From: Chrysomallon squamiferum
Lineage: Eukaryota > Animalia > Mollusca
Direction of reading: 5' to 3'
NCBI GenBank assembly: GCA_012295275.1
Contig: CM022676.1
Span: 11,718,001-11,782,000 of the forward strand
DNA length: 64,000 nt
Shown here: one piece after another, positions 1 through 16,001 of the stretch
Numbering within the stretch: position 1 is the stretch's first letter
Layout of the letters: every line of letters starts with the position of its first letter
Position numbers and translations under genes: made by a program
The notes under the pieces: generated by a model
Told to the model about the DNA's origin: nothing
Database searches by the model: none
The model's input: the letters and a program-made list of their open reading frames with translations, nothing else

Positions 1-1529
1 ACTACGGTGTCAGTACAGTACGAAGATATTTTCTCTGTTAGGATCACAGTATCATTTGGCCATCCGTAACTCAGTGCTCGATTAGTACGCAGAGAGAAAA
101 AATAGTTCGCATATAATCAAATGTTGTTCTCTCAGATTTTGAATCGTTGTCCCTTATATGTTATGTGTTTGACACTCTAATGATTATTAATAGCATTGCA
201 GATACGTTTATAGCATTTAATTAAGTGTATTTTCTATGATGAATTTGTTTTGATTTAAATAACTGGCGAAGTACATTGCGCGGAAGTAGTTGCAAGGCTT
301 TGCACAGGCAATGCAAGCCAACTGATTAGTTGCGATTATAGTAAACAAAACTGCATTAATTAATTTTCTCAGTTTAAAAAAAAAGTTTAAAAAAAAAAAG
401 AATATAATATAAGATGAGAAAAAGAAAGAATTATTATTTATTAATAAATAAATACTTTTTAAACAGTATTTTTATTTTTTGTTTTTAATGATCTGAGTAG
501 TTATAAAATTTAAAGATAGTGGCGGAACTAATGGGTGGTTGGGACAACTTGGGACTTCAAAGCCCATAATCCCCCCCCCGGATCCTTAAGATGCCATCCA
601 TTCAACTGAAACATAAAACTATAATAACAAGAGAAATAAGAATGAATGAAGTCATTTCATTTTCATTTCACTCAGCTTTGTATATTTATACAGACGCACA
701 CACTTGTTCGCCTACATGTGCACGTGCATCTGTGTGTGTGTGTGTGTGTGTGTGTGGTGTATAATTTTTCGATACTCTAAGATTAATGTAAAAATGTTAC
801 TATTAAATTTAGGTTGAAATGCCCGTTAATAGTAGTATTAGTGACAGTTGTAATCGTGTTTGCATTAGCTGTAATAACTGTCATAGTTGTATTAGAAGTA
901 ATAACTGTGGTCATGGTAGCAGTAGGCTGTAATAGTATTTGTTGAAGTTGTTGCTGTAGTCGTAGTAATAATTATTGTCATGATGTAGTGGAAGACGTAG
1001 CTGTTGTGGCTGTTGTGGAGGATTATACAAGGGTAATGGCAGTTTCCGAGTTTTACTCTCTTTTTTTTTTTTTTTTTTTCCCCACTTGGCATTGTTTCAT
1101 TTATTTATATTATTAATATTTTAAAATAATTTTTTGGAATACGTCCAGCGTTTTCTGTTTGATGCTGACCTCATATCATTTAGTGTGATCTCGCTGTGCA
1201 GGTCGTACTATTATCTAATAAACAATTGATCATTAGTTTTCTATTTTTAACGTGCATTAAATAATAAAATGTATTATAAATAACTAACAGAGCGCTATTT
1301 AGAAAGTAGTATAATAAATTAATCGTTAAAAACAGTCTCTCGTCTGCTTATAAATTAACAAAACAGTCATGTACAGTTTCAGTTTTATTTTCTGTTTTTT
1401 AAGTGTTTTTTCTTTTTTCTTTCTTTTTTCTTGCTTATTTTGTTTATTTATTTATTCATTTATTTATTTATAGTTATTTTATTTTATAGTTATTTTATTT
1501 TTTTTACTCATAAGACAACCAGGTTCATC

Positions 1530-1616
<87 letters not shown>

Positions 1617-1639
1617 CTATCTCTCTTTGACCTTTTAAT

Positions 1640-2059
1640 ATTTTTCGATTAATCGTAAATTTATAAAGAAAACTGTGAGTTCATATTTAAAAATATGATG
1701 ACTCATTTTCTTATCTGGTTATATTAGCAATTAAATCAGTTCTATTTTCGGTTCTACATACTTAAATATTTCCGTCTTTTAAATCTTTAATGTCCAAAAA
1801 AAAAAAAAAAAAAAAAAGGAGGAAAATAAAAGCACGGAAAATTGCTGCGTATGAAACATTATGAATCACAATTAATGAATAACTGAACTGCAAATTCTGT
1901 GAAATCTTATTTTTATTAATTTAATTTGGGGAGTGGTGGTTTTATACACCAGTTAAAAAATTAAAAAATGTTTGGGGCCTTTAACTCGTATATAATTTTT
2001 CCTCCAAACAATTCAAGAAATAACTTGTTAAACATTCTTTAGTTTCCTATTTATTTATT

Positions 2060-2108
<49 letters not shown>

Positions 2109-2652
2109 ATGTTATTAGTCTTGGTGGTGGTGGTGGTGTTTTTTTGTTGTTGATCTGTTGTTTTGTTACTATTATTATTGTTGTTATTGTTGATGTTGTT
2201 GTTGTTGTTATCATCACCTCATCATCATTAAAAGAAATAATGCTGGAATGAAAAAGAAAAAAGACCGAAAAGACAAATCTGATCAGATTAATATCAAATA
2301 AAAACATTTAATATTTCTTGATTGATCGTAAATTAATAAATAAAACTATTAGTTCATGTTTAAAAATATAATAATTACATTTCCTATTTTTAAACTATAG
2401 CTTCATGCCAATCAGGGAAACGAAACTGAAACAATTTATTTTCGAAAAATTCTGTATGCGTCATTTTTTCTGAGGACTCATTTTCTCGAATCCGGTCTTC
2501 TTCTTATCTGGTTGTGTCAGCAATCACATCAGTTCTCTTTTCGGTTCTACATACTTGAATATTTCCGTATTAATAAAATCTTTAATGTCCAAAAAGGGAG
2601 GAGGAAAATAAAAACACGGAAAATTGTTGTGATGAAACATTATGAATCACAG
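1640..2652. repeat. Imperfect direct duplication of an ~240-bp segment (~1640-1870 vs ~2318-2652; second copy has inserts)
   Basis: Both copies share, in order: aatcagttct.ttttcggttctacatactt.aatatttccgt, aaatctttaatgtccaaaaa, ggaggaaaataaaa.cacggaaaattg and atgaaacattatgaatcaca. Confidence 0.85.
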
Positions 2653-2674
2653 TTAAGGAAAACTTCTTAGAAAT

Positions 2675-2731
<57 letters not shown>

Positions 2732-4653
2732 GTATGGACTGAGCAGATATCCGGGTTTGTGACTCAGATATAAATTTTTACTTTAAAAGATCCAGAATTT
2801 TTTTTTTTTAATTTTTATATTTTCCTATTTATTTATTTAGTTATATATTTATTTTTATATTTATTTATTTATTTATAATGTTGCATACACGCATGGCTAT
2901 ATTTTTAATACATAATTAAAATGTTCAAGAAGAAACAAGGCATAAACACACAGCTACATAGCAATAAATATGGATGAGTGCAAATTGTTAAAATTCATTA
3001 ATATGATACATACGAAAAAGGAATAGCATGTAAAAACTCAATATTAAACTCAGCTTATTTTATGTTTATTTCCCAAGTGAAATAAATTTTAGTGCAGTAG
3101 TTGACAATCAATACTCTTATTGATCTGATATAAAATATAGATTCATGTTGTTACTATATTATATAACTGAAAACAAACATAAATTAATATAACCAGTCTG
3201 TTTGTCACCACTGCAGCTCATATTATTATTACCACTATTACTGTATTACTATTACTACAGTATTATTACTAGTCCTACGTCTACCGCGTCTACTACTGCA
3301 ACAACACCTACTATTGCTCCTTTTGATTATATTTACTATATTTTATAACAGTAGCAGTAGTTGTAACTGTAACCCTAGTTGAAGAGGTAACATATATGTT
3401 GATAGAGCTCTACTAGTAGTAGTAAGCATAGTAGTTGTTATAGTAGTGATACTAGTACTAATTGTTGTACTAGCATAGGTATAGTACCAGTTGTAGTAGT
3501 TGTCGCAATAGTAGTAGTGGTAAAGTAGCAGTAGTATTATTAGTATTAATTTTTTTTATGGAAGTCGTGATTGTAGTAGTTGTAACAGTAGCAGTAGTAG
3601 AATTCGTAATAGTAACTGTAGTAGTAATAGCAGTAGTGGTGTTAAAAGTAGTAGTTGTAGTATGGCAGTGCGTTTTAATTTTCTAAAGTTTTGAGAATTC
3701 AAATGACTCTCGGTAAGGACAAATGTTTTACGTAATTTATTTACAACATTGAAGTATAATGGCAGAAAGCGTCGCCAGAAAAATACTTAATTTGACAGTT
3801 AATAATATAACATAATCATCAACAATGTAAAATAGAATGTGACTTAACGTCAAAAAGTAACTGACAGTGTTTTACAATGTAACAAAACTGCTTCTTGAAA
3901 TGATTTAACAATGTTGTAAACGACGTGTCTAACGTCATAAACTGTTTAACACTGTGAAACAGCTTAGTGCAAAGATACTCAAAAATCACAAATGTTTTTC
4001 ACTTCTGCTCACTCCTAAGACAAATTTATGTGTTTTATCAATGTAGATGGATGTCTGTGTGTCTGTATGTTTGTATGTCCGCATGTATGTATGTAAAGAT
4101 GTGTGTGTGTACGTAATGATGTATGTATGTGTGTATGTACGTGTATGTATGTATGTATTCATTCGGATTTATGTAGGTAGATAAACTTTGAGACTGAATA
4201 TACATTTTTTTCTTTCTTATAATATTTAATATTTATGGCTACTTTTTAACATATAATATTATTCTAAAATTAGATACTGAATGGTTAAGGAAACGAAATC
4301 TTAACTTTGTAAGCAATTGTTTCCTTTATTCGTATGTGTTCGTGTGTTTCCGGAAATCAAGAGCCGCCATAGTCTATTGTTCGCCATTCGTCATCTCGTG
4401 GGAAAACGTCACATCTACAGCTTGGGTGTCTCTGGAACGTCTTTCTGTGTGAGGTGGACAACAAAAGGTGGGGGATAAGAGGTGTGGTGGGTAGCGAAGT
4501 GGGAAGCACGAACGTGCTGTGTTCGCAAGGAAGTTAATTAAATAACCAAACGTCAGAAACTGAGAAAATATTTCAAACTGTCAGCCATCTTTGTCGGTTT
4601 GTTTGCGTCTGGTGTTAAATTCTTACTAACAGTGACAGACAACGGCAACGACA

Positions 4654-4693
<40 letters not shown>

Positions 4694-4722
4694 GTATTAG
4701 TATTTCAGTTGTTTTAATTCAA

Positions 4723-4769
<47 letters not shown>

Positions 4770-6801
4770 TCGGGGATGTGGGGATGGTTTGAAGTATCTC
4801 ACTGATCACATCGAAAACCGAAAGCGTAGACAACTCAACCAATCCTTGTTAATCAGCAATTTCCTGTTCTAGCCAGTTCCCACAAGTGCTTGAACAAAAG
4901 TTGTGAAATAAGTATGTCTGCTGTGATCTCTAAATATATTAATTTATCTCTATGTCCATCTCTGTGTCTGTATATATTTATACACGCGTGTATATCTGTC
5001 TCTCTATATATCTATCTGCTTGTATATGAGACTGCATATAAATTGATTAAATCTGTATTAAATATTTCTTTGTTTAATTTCCACTCGTCTTATTATACTT
5101 TTTTTTTAATTATTATTTTCTTTCGCACAAGCTTTTTAGTTTTTCTGGAAATAGACTATTTGTGTCGTCATTCCATGACACGTGACTTCTAACATGACGT
5201 AAATCTAACGCAGACGAAATAAATAAATCATAAATGTGTATTACTGAATATAATAAAAATTAAAATAAATAAATAAATAAAAACCTGTATTTTGTATTAT
5301 TATTAATTATAAATTACTGAAAGTTATCTACACAAATATGTATAAATTACTGAAAATATTGTAGATAAATAAATAAAATTACTAAAGCCTGTATATAAAT
5401 AATTATGATTACTGAAAAAAATGTACATGTATTGTGTGAGTGTATGTATATAAATTATTGTAAATAAGTATAAATGTGAAATTAATGTTCATCAGTTTAT
5501 TAAATTATTAAATATAAATGTCAAATATATATGGAAAATATATATTTAATATTTTAAATTAATTAAAGTCACTATTATTTTGAATTACTAAATAAAATAA
5601 CAGTAGTTTAGAAATTAGTCAATGATTCTGTACAAACGTATAAATATGTAATCAGTAACAGTCTCACCATTCAAAACTATTCTTCATGTTCCAGTTTTTG
5701 TTACTTCGCTTTTCTGCATCGCCACTTCTGCAAATGAAACTTCTGCTCGATGACGTCACACTTCTAGACGTTTCACCATGACGGATTTTATGAGTTGTGA
5801 AATGTGTGTTTCAACAAAGAGAAAACAAAATAAAATATAATTGTTAACAAAAATAAAATAATAAATAGTAATAAAATAAATAAACGAAAGCTGAAAACAA
5901 AACAACATATATTTCAGTTAGACAATGCAAAACAAGTAACAAAAAGTCCCCAACTATTGTAATAGATTAATAAGGAAAACAACGTTAGCAAGAACAACAA
6001 CAGGAACAACAACAACAACAACAATAACAAAAACAGTAATAATAATAATAACAACAATAATAGTAGCAGAAAAACAAGAAAAAAACATTAAAACATTAAA
6101 AACATTACAACATTAGACATTGTAAATTAAAAAATATACACACATAACAATTTTATGAACCTAGAACATAACACAATTACAAACAAAACAACCTAAAACA
6201 CATTACAAACACTAACAGAAAAAAAACCAAGACTAACTATCGTTAACCCTTGTGTACACCAAATAACCGCTTACAACTGTACGAAAAGAAAAAGAAAAAT
6301 GAGTTTCTTTAATGACAGGTAGAGTCTGCAGCTTAGACCTAAGTGTACAGTTAGCTTCATGTTTTACAGTTTCAGTGATTGTGTTTCGCCTTCGCTCATA
6401 ACCAACAACACCTGCACAATCCACTGGAGCGCGCCTCCATTATGGAGGAAATTACCAACATACAAAACATAATTAACATCGTTTCAAAAATCGTTTTTCC
6501 TTTCTTTTCTTATTACTGTTCAGCAAGTCGTGGTCCTATTTTTGTAATCCGCTCTTTTGTGACAGTTTTATGATGGGTAATTATTTATCTGCTAATTATC
6601 TTTAACGTTTCAGGGGGAATAAAAAAAAAAGACAACTAAAAGAAAAACAAAAAGAAAGAAAAAGAGAAAATAGAAAAGAAAATGTTCTTAAAAAGAATAT
6701 AATATATGCATATTCCTTGTGGACGATATTTTGGTTCCTGGGGAAGATAATAATAATAATAATCACACACACACACACACACACATACACGCACACACAC
6801 A

Positions 6802-6836
<35 letters not shown>

Positions 6837-7577
6837 CATTCTACTCCATTGTAAATCCATACATTCTTTTTTCAAATTTATTTTCACATTAACTATATAT
6901 TCATTATTTATTTATTTATTTATTTATTTATTCATTTATATATCATTATTGTTATTGTTATTGCTCCTTTTTCTTTCTATTTTTTTTTTTTTTTTTTTCT
7001 CAGTCTGATTTTTGACAGATAACAAAAATAACTGAGAAATTTACAGACCTTCACAGCTACTCATAATCTGTGGCAGATTTATTAACGTGGGTAAACAATA
7101 CTCTTTGTCAACGCACGTTTTACTCTTTTGGAACCCGGCTTCGAAAAGAACCCGAAACCTGAAATAATTATTCTTCATTTTTACTTAAACACCCGCATGC
7201 GTGGGATTTACACTTTTTCAATACTCTGTCACCGGATGCCATCCGCACACGCACACGCACGCACATCCCCTAGCATGCTGGTATTATTATTATTATTATT
7301 ATTATTGTTATTATAACGGACGGTAGCGTATAATAGATCTTCGCTGCAGAATCGGGGACACGCTATTTCAACACAGATTAATGTCAGCTCGTATATCACT
7401 GCGCACTCACTCGAGATACGCTTATAAAGTTACATTAAAAATGTCACGAGTGAGTCATCGGACGTGAACCAGTCCTTGGGTAAAACAAACAAATCTTTTT
7501 TTTCTTTTTTTTTTCTGAATCGTGGAGAAATAAAAACGAATTGTTGTTGAAAGATAACATCACGAACAGCCCCCAGA

Positions 7578-7718
7578 CACAACATGGAAAGAGTAATTTG
7601 TTGTAGACACTGCACTGAATACAGTTACTACTACTACTACTGCTACTTCTACTACTACTACTAGTACTAGTACTACTACTAATACTACTACTACTAGTAC
7701 TAGTACTACTACTACTAG

Positions 7719-7750
<32 letters not shown>

Positions 7751-7852
7751 TTACTACTATTACAAAACATGGAAAGAGTAATTTGTTGTAGACACTGCAC
7801 TGAATACAGTGACTACTGCTACTTCTACTACTACTACTAGTACTAGTACTAG

Positions 7853-7884
<32 letters not shown>

Positions 7885-8470
7885 GTACTACTACTAGTAC
7901 TACTACTACTACTACTACTATTACTACTATTACAAAACATGGAAAGAGTAATTTGTTGTAGACACTGCACTGAATACAGTTACTACTACTACTACTACTA
8001 CTAGTACTACTATTACAAAACATGGAAAGAGTAATTTGTTGTAGACACTGCACTGAATACAGTTACTACTACTACTACTATTACTACTACTACTATTACT
8101 ACGACTACTACTACTACTACTACTACTACTACAAAACATGTAAAGAATAATTTGTTGTAGACATTGCACTGAATACAGTGACTACTACTACTACTACTAC
8201 AAAACATGTAAAGAGTAATTTGTTGTAGACATTGCACTGAATACAGTGACTACTACTACTACTACTACAAAACATGTAAAGAGTAATTTGTTGTAGACAT
8301 TGCACTGAATACAATTGCTACTACTACAAAAAATGTAAAGGGTAATTTGTTGAAGACATTGCAATGAATACAGTTACTACTACTACTACTACTACAAAAC
8401 ATGTAAAGAGTAATTTGTTGAAGACATTGCAATGAATACAGTTACTACTACTACTACTACTACTACTACT
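7578..8470. repeat. Compound minisatellite: 9 copies of an ~50-bp unit separated by variable-length (ACT)n tracts
   Basis: Unit acaaaacatggaaagagtaatttgttgtagacactgcactgaatacagt starts at ~7580, 7762, 7932, 8015, 8131, 8199, 8267, 8326 and 8394. It accounts for the repeated MQCLQQITL ORFs. Confidence 0.95.
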
Positions 8471-8856
8471 AATAATAATAATAATAATAATAATAACAAT
8501 AATAGTATTGCTACTGACACTAATACTTTTACTATTGTTACTAACATTACTACATTACTATTACTATTACCATCACCACTACTACTAGTACTGCTATGAC
8601 TATGTGTATTACGACAATAAGTAATGAAGATGATGATCATGATGATGACTAACAATAACACTAATAACAACAATAACAGCAACACCAATAACAACACTGC
8701 ATCATCTTTCATTCCTTTTTTTCGCTGACAAATAAAAACAACTACTACGACATCTAAAACAGCCAAAACAATTAAAATGTTTAACATAAATATTTATTTA
8801 CAAAATATTTAAATGCTTTTCTTTCTTTCTTTCTTTCTTTCTTTCTTTCCTTTTTT

Positions 8857-8902
<46 letters not shown>

Positions 8903-10065
8903 CCACTCCAATGAAAAATGAAGCTCTCTTCACGTCTGCTGCTGGAGTTAAGGCTAACCAATAATATACATTGTTAGATAACGCGACAACTCGGATAAAC
9001 TCGTAATAATCGATTCCTTCCGAGGTGTGCCGAACAATCCCGAGTAGCTAACCGAACGAATATCCCTGTTTTGGAAAACCAAGTTATTTTTTGGTTTATC
9101 TTTGTTGAACAACAACAACAACAACAACAAGGATGATGATGATGATGATGATAAATAAAACAGTAATAGAATTAATAACAACATTAATAATAAAATGTAT
9201 TTAAAATATTGTAAAGAAAAAAAGAGGAAGAAAAACTGACGATAGAGATCGATGATAATTATGATGATGATGATGATAATTATGATGATGATGATGATGA
9301 TGATGATGATGTGATTATCATATTAATAATAAAAACTATCACTGAACGTTGTTGATGACGATCACTTACGACGATGCTGATACGTCAAAAATGTCGGCGT
9401 ATTGTTCATACAAGAAAAAAAACTAAGATATTAAAAATGACTGCCTGACTCAATCTACTGGAAACGGCGTGATTGTTACGTCACGCTCTACTGGTAATTG
9501 GCGTGCACGAGCAGGAAAACATTCAATTATACATAGAGCGGCGGCGAACTCCGGTCGATCAATATGGCGTTTTATTAATAAAGGTAGTGCTTTTGTAGAA
9601 ATGTTTTAACGACGTAGCAATCAATACCCGTGCGATGTACTCCCAGAATGACCGAGTCAGGCAGAATGCAAGACCCGGGTCAGTGTATGCAGGGGTCGTG
9701 ACAAAAACAAAATAAAACAAAATAAAATAAAATAAAATAAAACAGAATAAAATATAAAAAAAAAAAAAAAAAAAAAATAAAAAAAAAATAAAATAAAAAT
9801 AAAATTAAATAAAATTAAATAAAATTAAATAAAATGAAATAGATCAAAATTAGACTTTGTAAAGATGCACTACTGTGCATAAACTGTGTGAAATTTCTTG
9901 TGCATAATTCATCATATCTTTATAATTGTTGTTATATACAGTTTATAATGTGTTTTTAATACTGTTTAATATGCATAACAAACTGAACGAATGGCCTGGG
10001 TATCCAGTCAAAAAAAAGAAAAAAGATATAAAAATAATAAATATTAATAATAATAATAATAATAA

Positions 10066-10096
<31 letters not shown>

Positions 10097-10304
10097 AAGA
10101 AGAAGAAGAAGAAGAAATAAAATAATAAGAAAAAAATCTCCATTAACTTCGCCTGCAGTACTGTAATGAACTGTGGGAACGCTTTGTAATAAACACTGGG
10201 CCCGTCATTGATCGAAACGCTTAAACACTTCTAGAAATAACCTGCTTCCCTTGTAAACATTATCACAAACAAATACATTTTGAGATGATCCCACAATGCT
10301 CTGC

Positions 10305-10550
10305 TTGCAAGGTCACGTGTTCCACGTGAACCCAGCACACTCGTTTGCATTACGCCGTGTTGAATAATTCACGTGTAAACCAGTCGACCGATTATTATGA
10401 TGACGTCATCAGATTATGAGTAGCATCAGTTTGTCAGCTCGGCCGCCGAGGACGTCGAAGCAGAAGACGACGCAGAAAAATCGATCACATCAGCGAGGTA
10501 GTTGCCGAATGACTGCAGCTGTCCAGAGCTGATAAATCAACCAATGAGGA
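10305..10550. promoter_or_regulatory. Candidate enhancer: three CACGTG E-boxes, a CRE and a CCAAT box in a CpG-rich island
   Basis: CACGTG at 10314, 10323 and 10370; TGACGTCA at 10401; CCAAT at ~10541. Motifs are seen directly; function is inferred. Confidence 0.45.
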
Positions 10551-10811
10551 AGCCGCGTAGCAGAAATATTCAATTAAAAACAGCTCGTACGGTGCGGTGT
10601 CGTAGAATGATCTAAACCGTTAAATGGGTATAGATCTTTCTTTATTCAGTGGCGGAAATTGCCGAAGTTATTCCGATTGATTCATTTTAGTATAAATACA
10701 GATTTGTTTAGAAAATTCTTTCGATTGATTCGACTGATGCTTTTTCTTGTGTTTGTGTCTGTTTGTGTACTGGTGTTGTGTTTTTTCTTCTTTTCTTTTT
10801 TGATATTGAAA

Positions 10812-10849
<38 letters not shown>

Positions 10850-11901
10850 ATCTATGTATCTATGTACGTATGTGTGTATGTATGTATGTATGTATGTGAG
10901 AATCACCACTTTATTCGATTGTTAGAATTTGCAGAATATTATTCCCTAGGTATATAAGCCGTTTGGAATAACAATAATAATAATAAAATAATCATCATAG
11001 TAATGATTATCATAAACAACGCACATTACACAAACTGAATACAAGAAAATCCAAAGCAGCTGTTACTCTGACCACGAGGAAATAAAACGTGACGTTCGTA
11101 TGACGTCATCAGCCGGTGTTTAATTTGAGCGGAGAGACATTAAGACGAATACAGTGTTTTTAATTTTTGCTTTCTTATAAAAATGACATTTCAAATCGGA
11201 TTAACGAACGCTGCAGCTGTCTGAACATGGCGCCAAATGACGGGTTGTCATGGTGATACTTTCTACGTCTTGTACTCACTGAAATACTCTCTGTTATTAA
11301 CAGCTGTACACGTACACAAATAATTATTTTATCATTGTTTAGCTTTACAAGACTGTTACTGTTTGTAAACAGCAGAAAAGGAAATGGTAATCAAATGTCA
11401 CTTGTAAACGTTTAACAAGTTTTCAAACACTTTCATTTACTGCATCGACTCCTGCAAGACCAGAATACGTCTGCTCCTTTGTACCAGACTCCTACGTCAG
11501 ACAGCAAGCAGTCTTCTCGTTACAGTTTTCTGACAGCGGTTAAGGAAATGTTCTAGAGCATCAGATGGATGGGACGGCAGTACAACTGATCCTGTGATAT
11601 TAGACAAATATCCACACACATACATACATATATATATACACATTCAAACATACATACACACACATACATATATATACACATTCAAACATACATACACACA
11701 CATACATACATACATATATACACATTCAAACATACATACACACATATATGCATGCATCCATGCATACATACATACATACATGTATATATATACATTCATA
11801 GATACATACATACTTACAAATACACACACACAGACATGTGCTCTTTGTCTAAAGGTTATTAAAACAAAAAATTAAAATGCTAACAGCTGAAACTATTTAT
11901 T

Positions 11902-11953
<52 letters not shown>

Positions 11954-12637
11954 ACACTAATAACAGATTTCCTGTTGGAATCAGCCCAAATTATGTAATT
12001 ACCAAATTATTCAAATGACTACTTTTTAATATTTATTATATATATTTATAGATATATTAGGAATGGTAACGAGATTGATATAAATGAATTTTTGGCTCAG
12101 AGATTTGTTTGAACTATTATAACAAAACGTTTCTGGTATAACGTTTTTAATTTCAGTAATTAATGTTATTTCCAAACACACACACACCCACGCACGCGCA
12201 CACACAGAAACACACACACACACACACACACACAAACACGCATACACACAAACACACACACAGAAGTTGTCTTGATGGCTGAACAGTAACGTTGTCCGCC
12301 TTTGGAATGAGGGCGAATGGGTGTCATACGTTCGAGTCTCGTCAGCGGCATCTGGCGGGTTTGTGAAGTCGTGATTGGACTTTGTCCTCCTGCGCCAGTG
12401 CGTTCCCGAATACTGTCTATGTGCAGAGTCTAATCAAACGTATATAAGACAGAGAATATTCAAATCATATGTATGTGTGTGTATGTATGTATGTATGTTT
12501 ATATGTGTGTGTATAAAGTTGCATGCATCCATTTTCTATGAATGTTTGTTTGCATGTAATGTGTTTATGAATAAAGGTAAGTATAAGTTTATGTGGAATA
12601 TTGCCTGATACTTATGCATACATTAAAAACATACCAG

Positions 12638-12761
<124 letters not shown>

Positions 12762-13226
12762 GCGCCTGGCTCACGTGCATTGTAATAAAAGCAAGACAAC
12801 CATAACGAACATTAACAATGAACGAGAGCAGAAGCAGACGATCCCTCAGCTAGGAGCAGACGCCATACGAACCACTTCATTAACCGCTAATCGTTACGTG
12901 ACGCCAGGGGGAGTTACTAAAAGCCCTCGCTATCAGAAGGAGGCTGCCGAGATACGCCATGGAGATATCGCTTGTTGGACAAATTTCAAACATGTGTTCT
13001 TTTGAAATGAGCCTCTGCAGACTGCTTCCGGGCTGAATCCCGCCAAAATCTCGACCAATGAGAAAGCTGGATGGATTACGTAGAACTAACCGCGAGCTGT
13101 TGGGTTTCTGACACAAAGATTTTAAATGTCACAGATTTGAAAAGTGAAGCAAATTGCACCTATCAGATATCATTGGTAAATAAAATAATACTGAGCTTAG
13201 ATAGTCGCAGATAACAGTATACAAAG

Positions 13227-13305
<79 letters not shown>

Positions 13306-13329
13306 ATTTTTTTCAGATATTACACAAAA

Positions 13330-13382
<53 letters not shown>

Positions 13383-14109
13383 CTATCAGTGTATTTATAA
13401 TAGGTGTTCCAATGCTTCAGTAACATAAAAATAAATAAATAAATAAAAAAAAAAAAAATGGTTATTTGAAATCCTGGGACAATACGAGTTTGATCAGTTT
13501 CAGGTGTCGCTCGGGGCGTGTTTTTCCAGTGACTGAAAACATTAACAAGGTTTGCTGCGATACGCCAACCGAACGCGATCAATAGCTGGGCAATACGACC
13601 TTGCAGCCGTGACCTTTCGTGTCAGTAATTGTGCTCTTCCATCGTGTACATTTATTTATTTAAGAAACGCGGCTAAGTGAGTTAAACGAGAAGTACGATG
13701 TAGTGTATCAGAGCAGTCTTAATGGATTCCACGCGATCAAACTCAGGTATCATCGCGTTAGAGTTACCTGCTCTTTGAAAGAAAAAAGAAAAGAAGAAGG
13801 TGAAAAAAAAAAAAATCATACATAAAAGAGTAAAATATTAGAACGAAATGTGAAATAAAATAAAATCCAAGAACAAACGAAGGTGAGAAACAGACGATAA
13901 TGGAAAAACAAAAGAAAGAAAGAAAGAAAGAAAAGAACTAATAACAGTAAGAAGAATGAAAAGAAGAGAAAGAACAAACACAACAGTAATAATAAGAATT
14001 TTTTAAATAATAACAAATATTATTTTTCTATTTATTTATAATTTTATTTTATTTTATTTATTTATTTTATTTTTTTTTTTTTTTTTATTTTATTTTTTTT
14101 TTTTTTTTG

Positions 14110-14187
<78 letters not shown>

Positions 14188-14401
14188 TAACGCCTAGGAG
14201 AAGAAAGCAGACATACAGTGGGTTGTTGTTTTCGACTGGTAACAAGGGTCTGTTACACACATCTCGCTGTAAGAGTTAACAGCATGTTTCACTTCTTTCA
14301 GACTAGTCGTGGAGAGCGAGGTAATGTGTCCTTGCAGAACTGATCCTGCTAACTAACGTGCACTAGACACGCGATCTAGCAGTTACTTCTTAACAGGAAC
14401 A

Positions 14402-14489
<88 letters not shown>

Positions 14490-15072
14490 ACACACACACA
14501 CATATGTATATATGTATGTTTGTATGTATGTATGTATGTATGTATGTATGTATGTATGTATGTATGTATGTATGTATGTATGTATGTGTGTATGTATGTA
14601 TATATGTATGTATGTATGTGTGTATGTATATGTGTGTGTATGTATGTATGTATGTATGTATGTAGAAAGAAGGAGAAAGAGATAAACAGAAACAGGCAGA
14701 CAGAGAAACGTATTAATTTTTGTTGTCAAAATTACATCGTCTGATTCCGCCAAGCTAACACGTGCTATTGAACAACAACAGCTGTAACTTCATTACTCTC
14801 CCTTTCGTTATCCGCCCACAACTGCAGCTTCTACATCATCATTCCCAGCTTAACAAAAACGTCTTAGCTGAAAAACGAAAAAATACGCTCCCAGTTCGAC
14901 CTAACAGAATTTAAAGGCGACAGATCCATGCTCGATGTGTGATAGTGTAAATGTCGAATATGAATTATAAATTAGAGAAAAATCGATAACGAGGCACGTT
15001 TGTGCAGATCATTACAGAACGAGGCTCTCCTGAGAGGACAGATTATCTGCATGTGACAGATAATCTTTGGAT

Positions 15073-15207
<135 letters not shown>

Positions 15208-15804
15208 GATAATTAATTTTAATTAATTTTACCCCTGGTTAATATCACAGATTTAGAACAGAACGGTCTACACTGGAGAAAGAATGCAAATTTGTCGATG
15301 AACGAGGATTAAGAAAGAAATAAATCAGATTTTTGTTGCACAAGCCAGTTTAGTTGGATGTTGCTGAGATAATCACAGCATTTCTGTGTCTGGGAGTGAG
15401 TGGAATATACGTACCAGAAACACAGTTTCTCGTAAACTGTGATGGAAAAGAGAAAATTGGGTTTCTGAAAAAAATAAGAAGTAGAATGTCGACTGAAGTG
15501 TTTAGTTAATAAAGTATTTGTTACGCATATGTTTACTTGTTTATTTCCTTTGTTGCTTTATTTATTTATTTATTTATTTATTCAATTATTTGTTTGTATG
15601 TTTGTTTATTTGTTTACTTACTGCCTTAATTAGTTTCTTTGTTTTATTTTGTTTTATTATATTTATTATACAAGACCTGTTAAAAATTAGTTTTTAAAGA
15701 CTGAATGAGACATATACAATAGTCAAACATTAACTATTGATGACTCTTCATCATCATCATCATCATTATAGGTTTTAGAAGTGTTATCCTCTTCATCATC
15801 CCCT

Positions 15805-15867
<63 letters not shown>

Positions 15868-15923
15868 AATTATTATTACAGTGATTGTCAAAGACCTCTG
15901 TATTAAAAAAAATAATAATAATA

Positions 15924-16001
<78 letters not shown>

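Noticed and set aside
7578-8470. CRISPR-like repeat/spacer appearance
   Set aside because: The spacers are (ACT)n microsatellites, there are no cas genes, and the context is eukaryotic.
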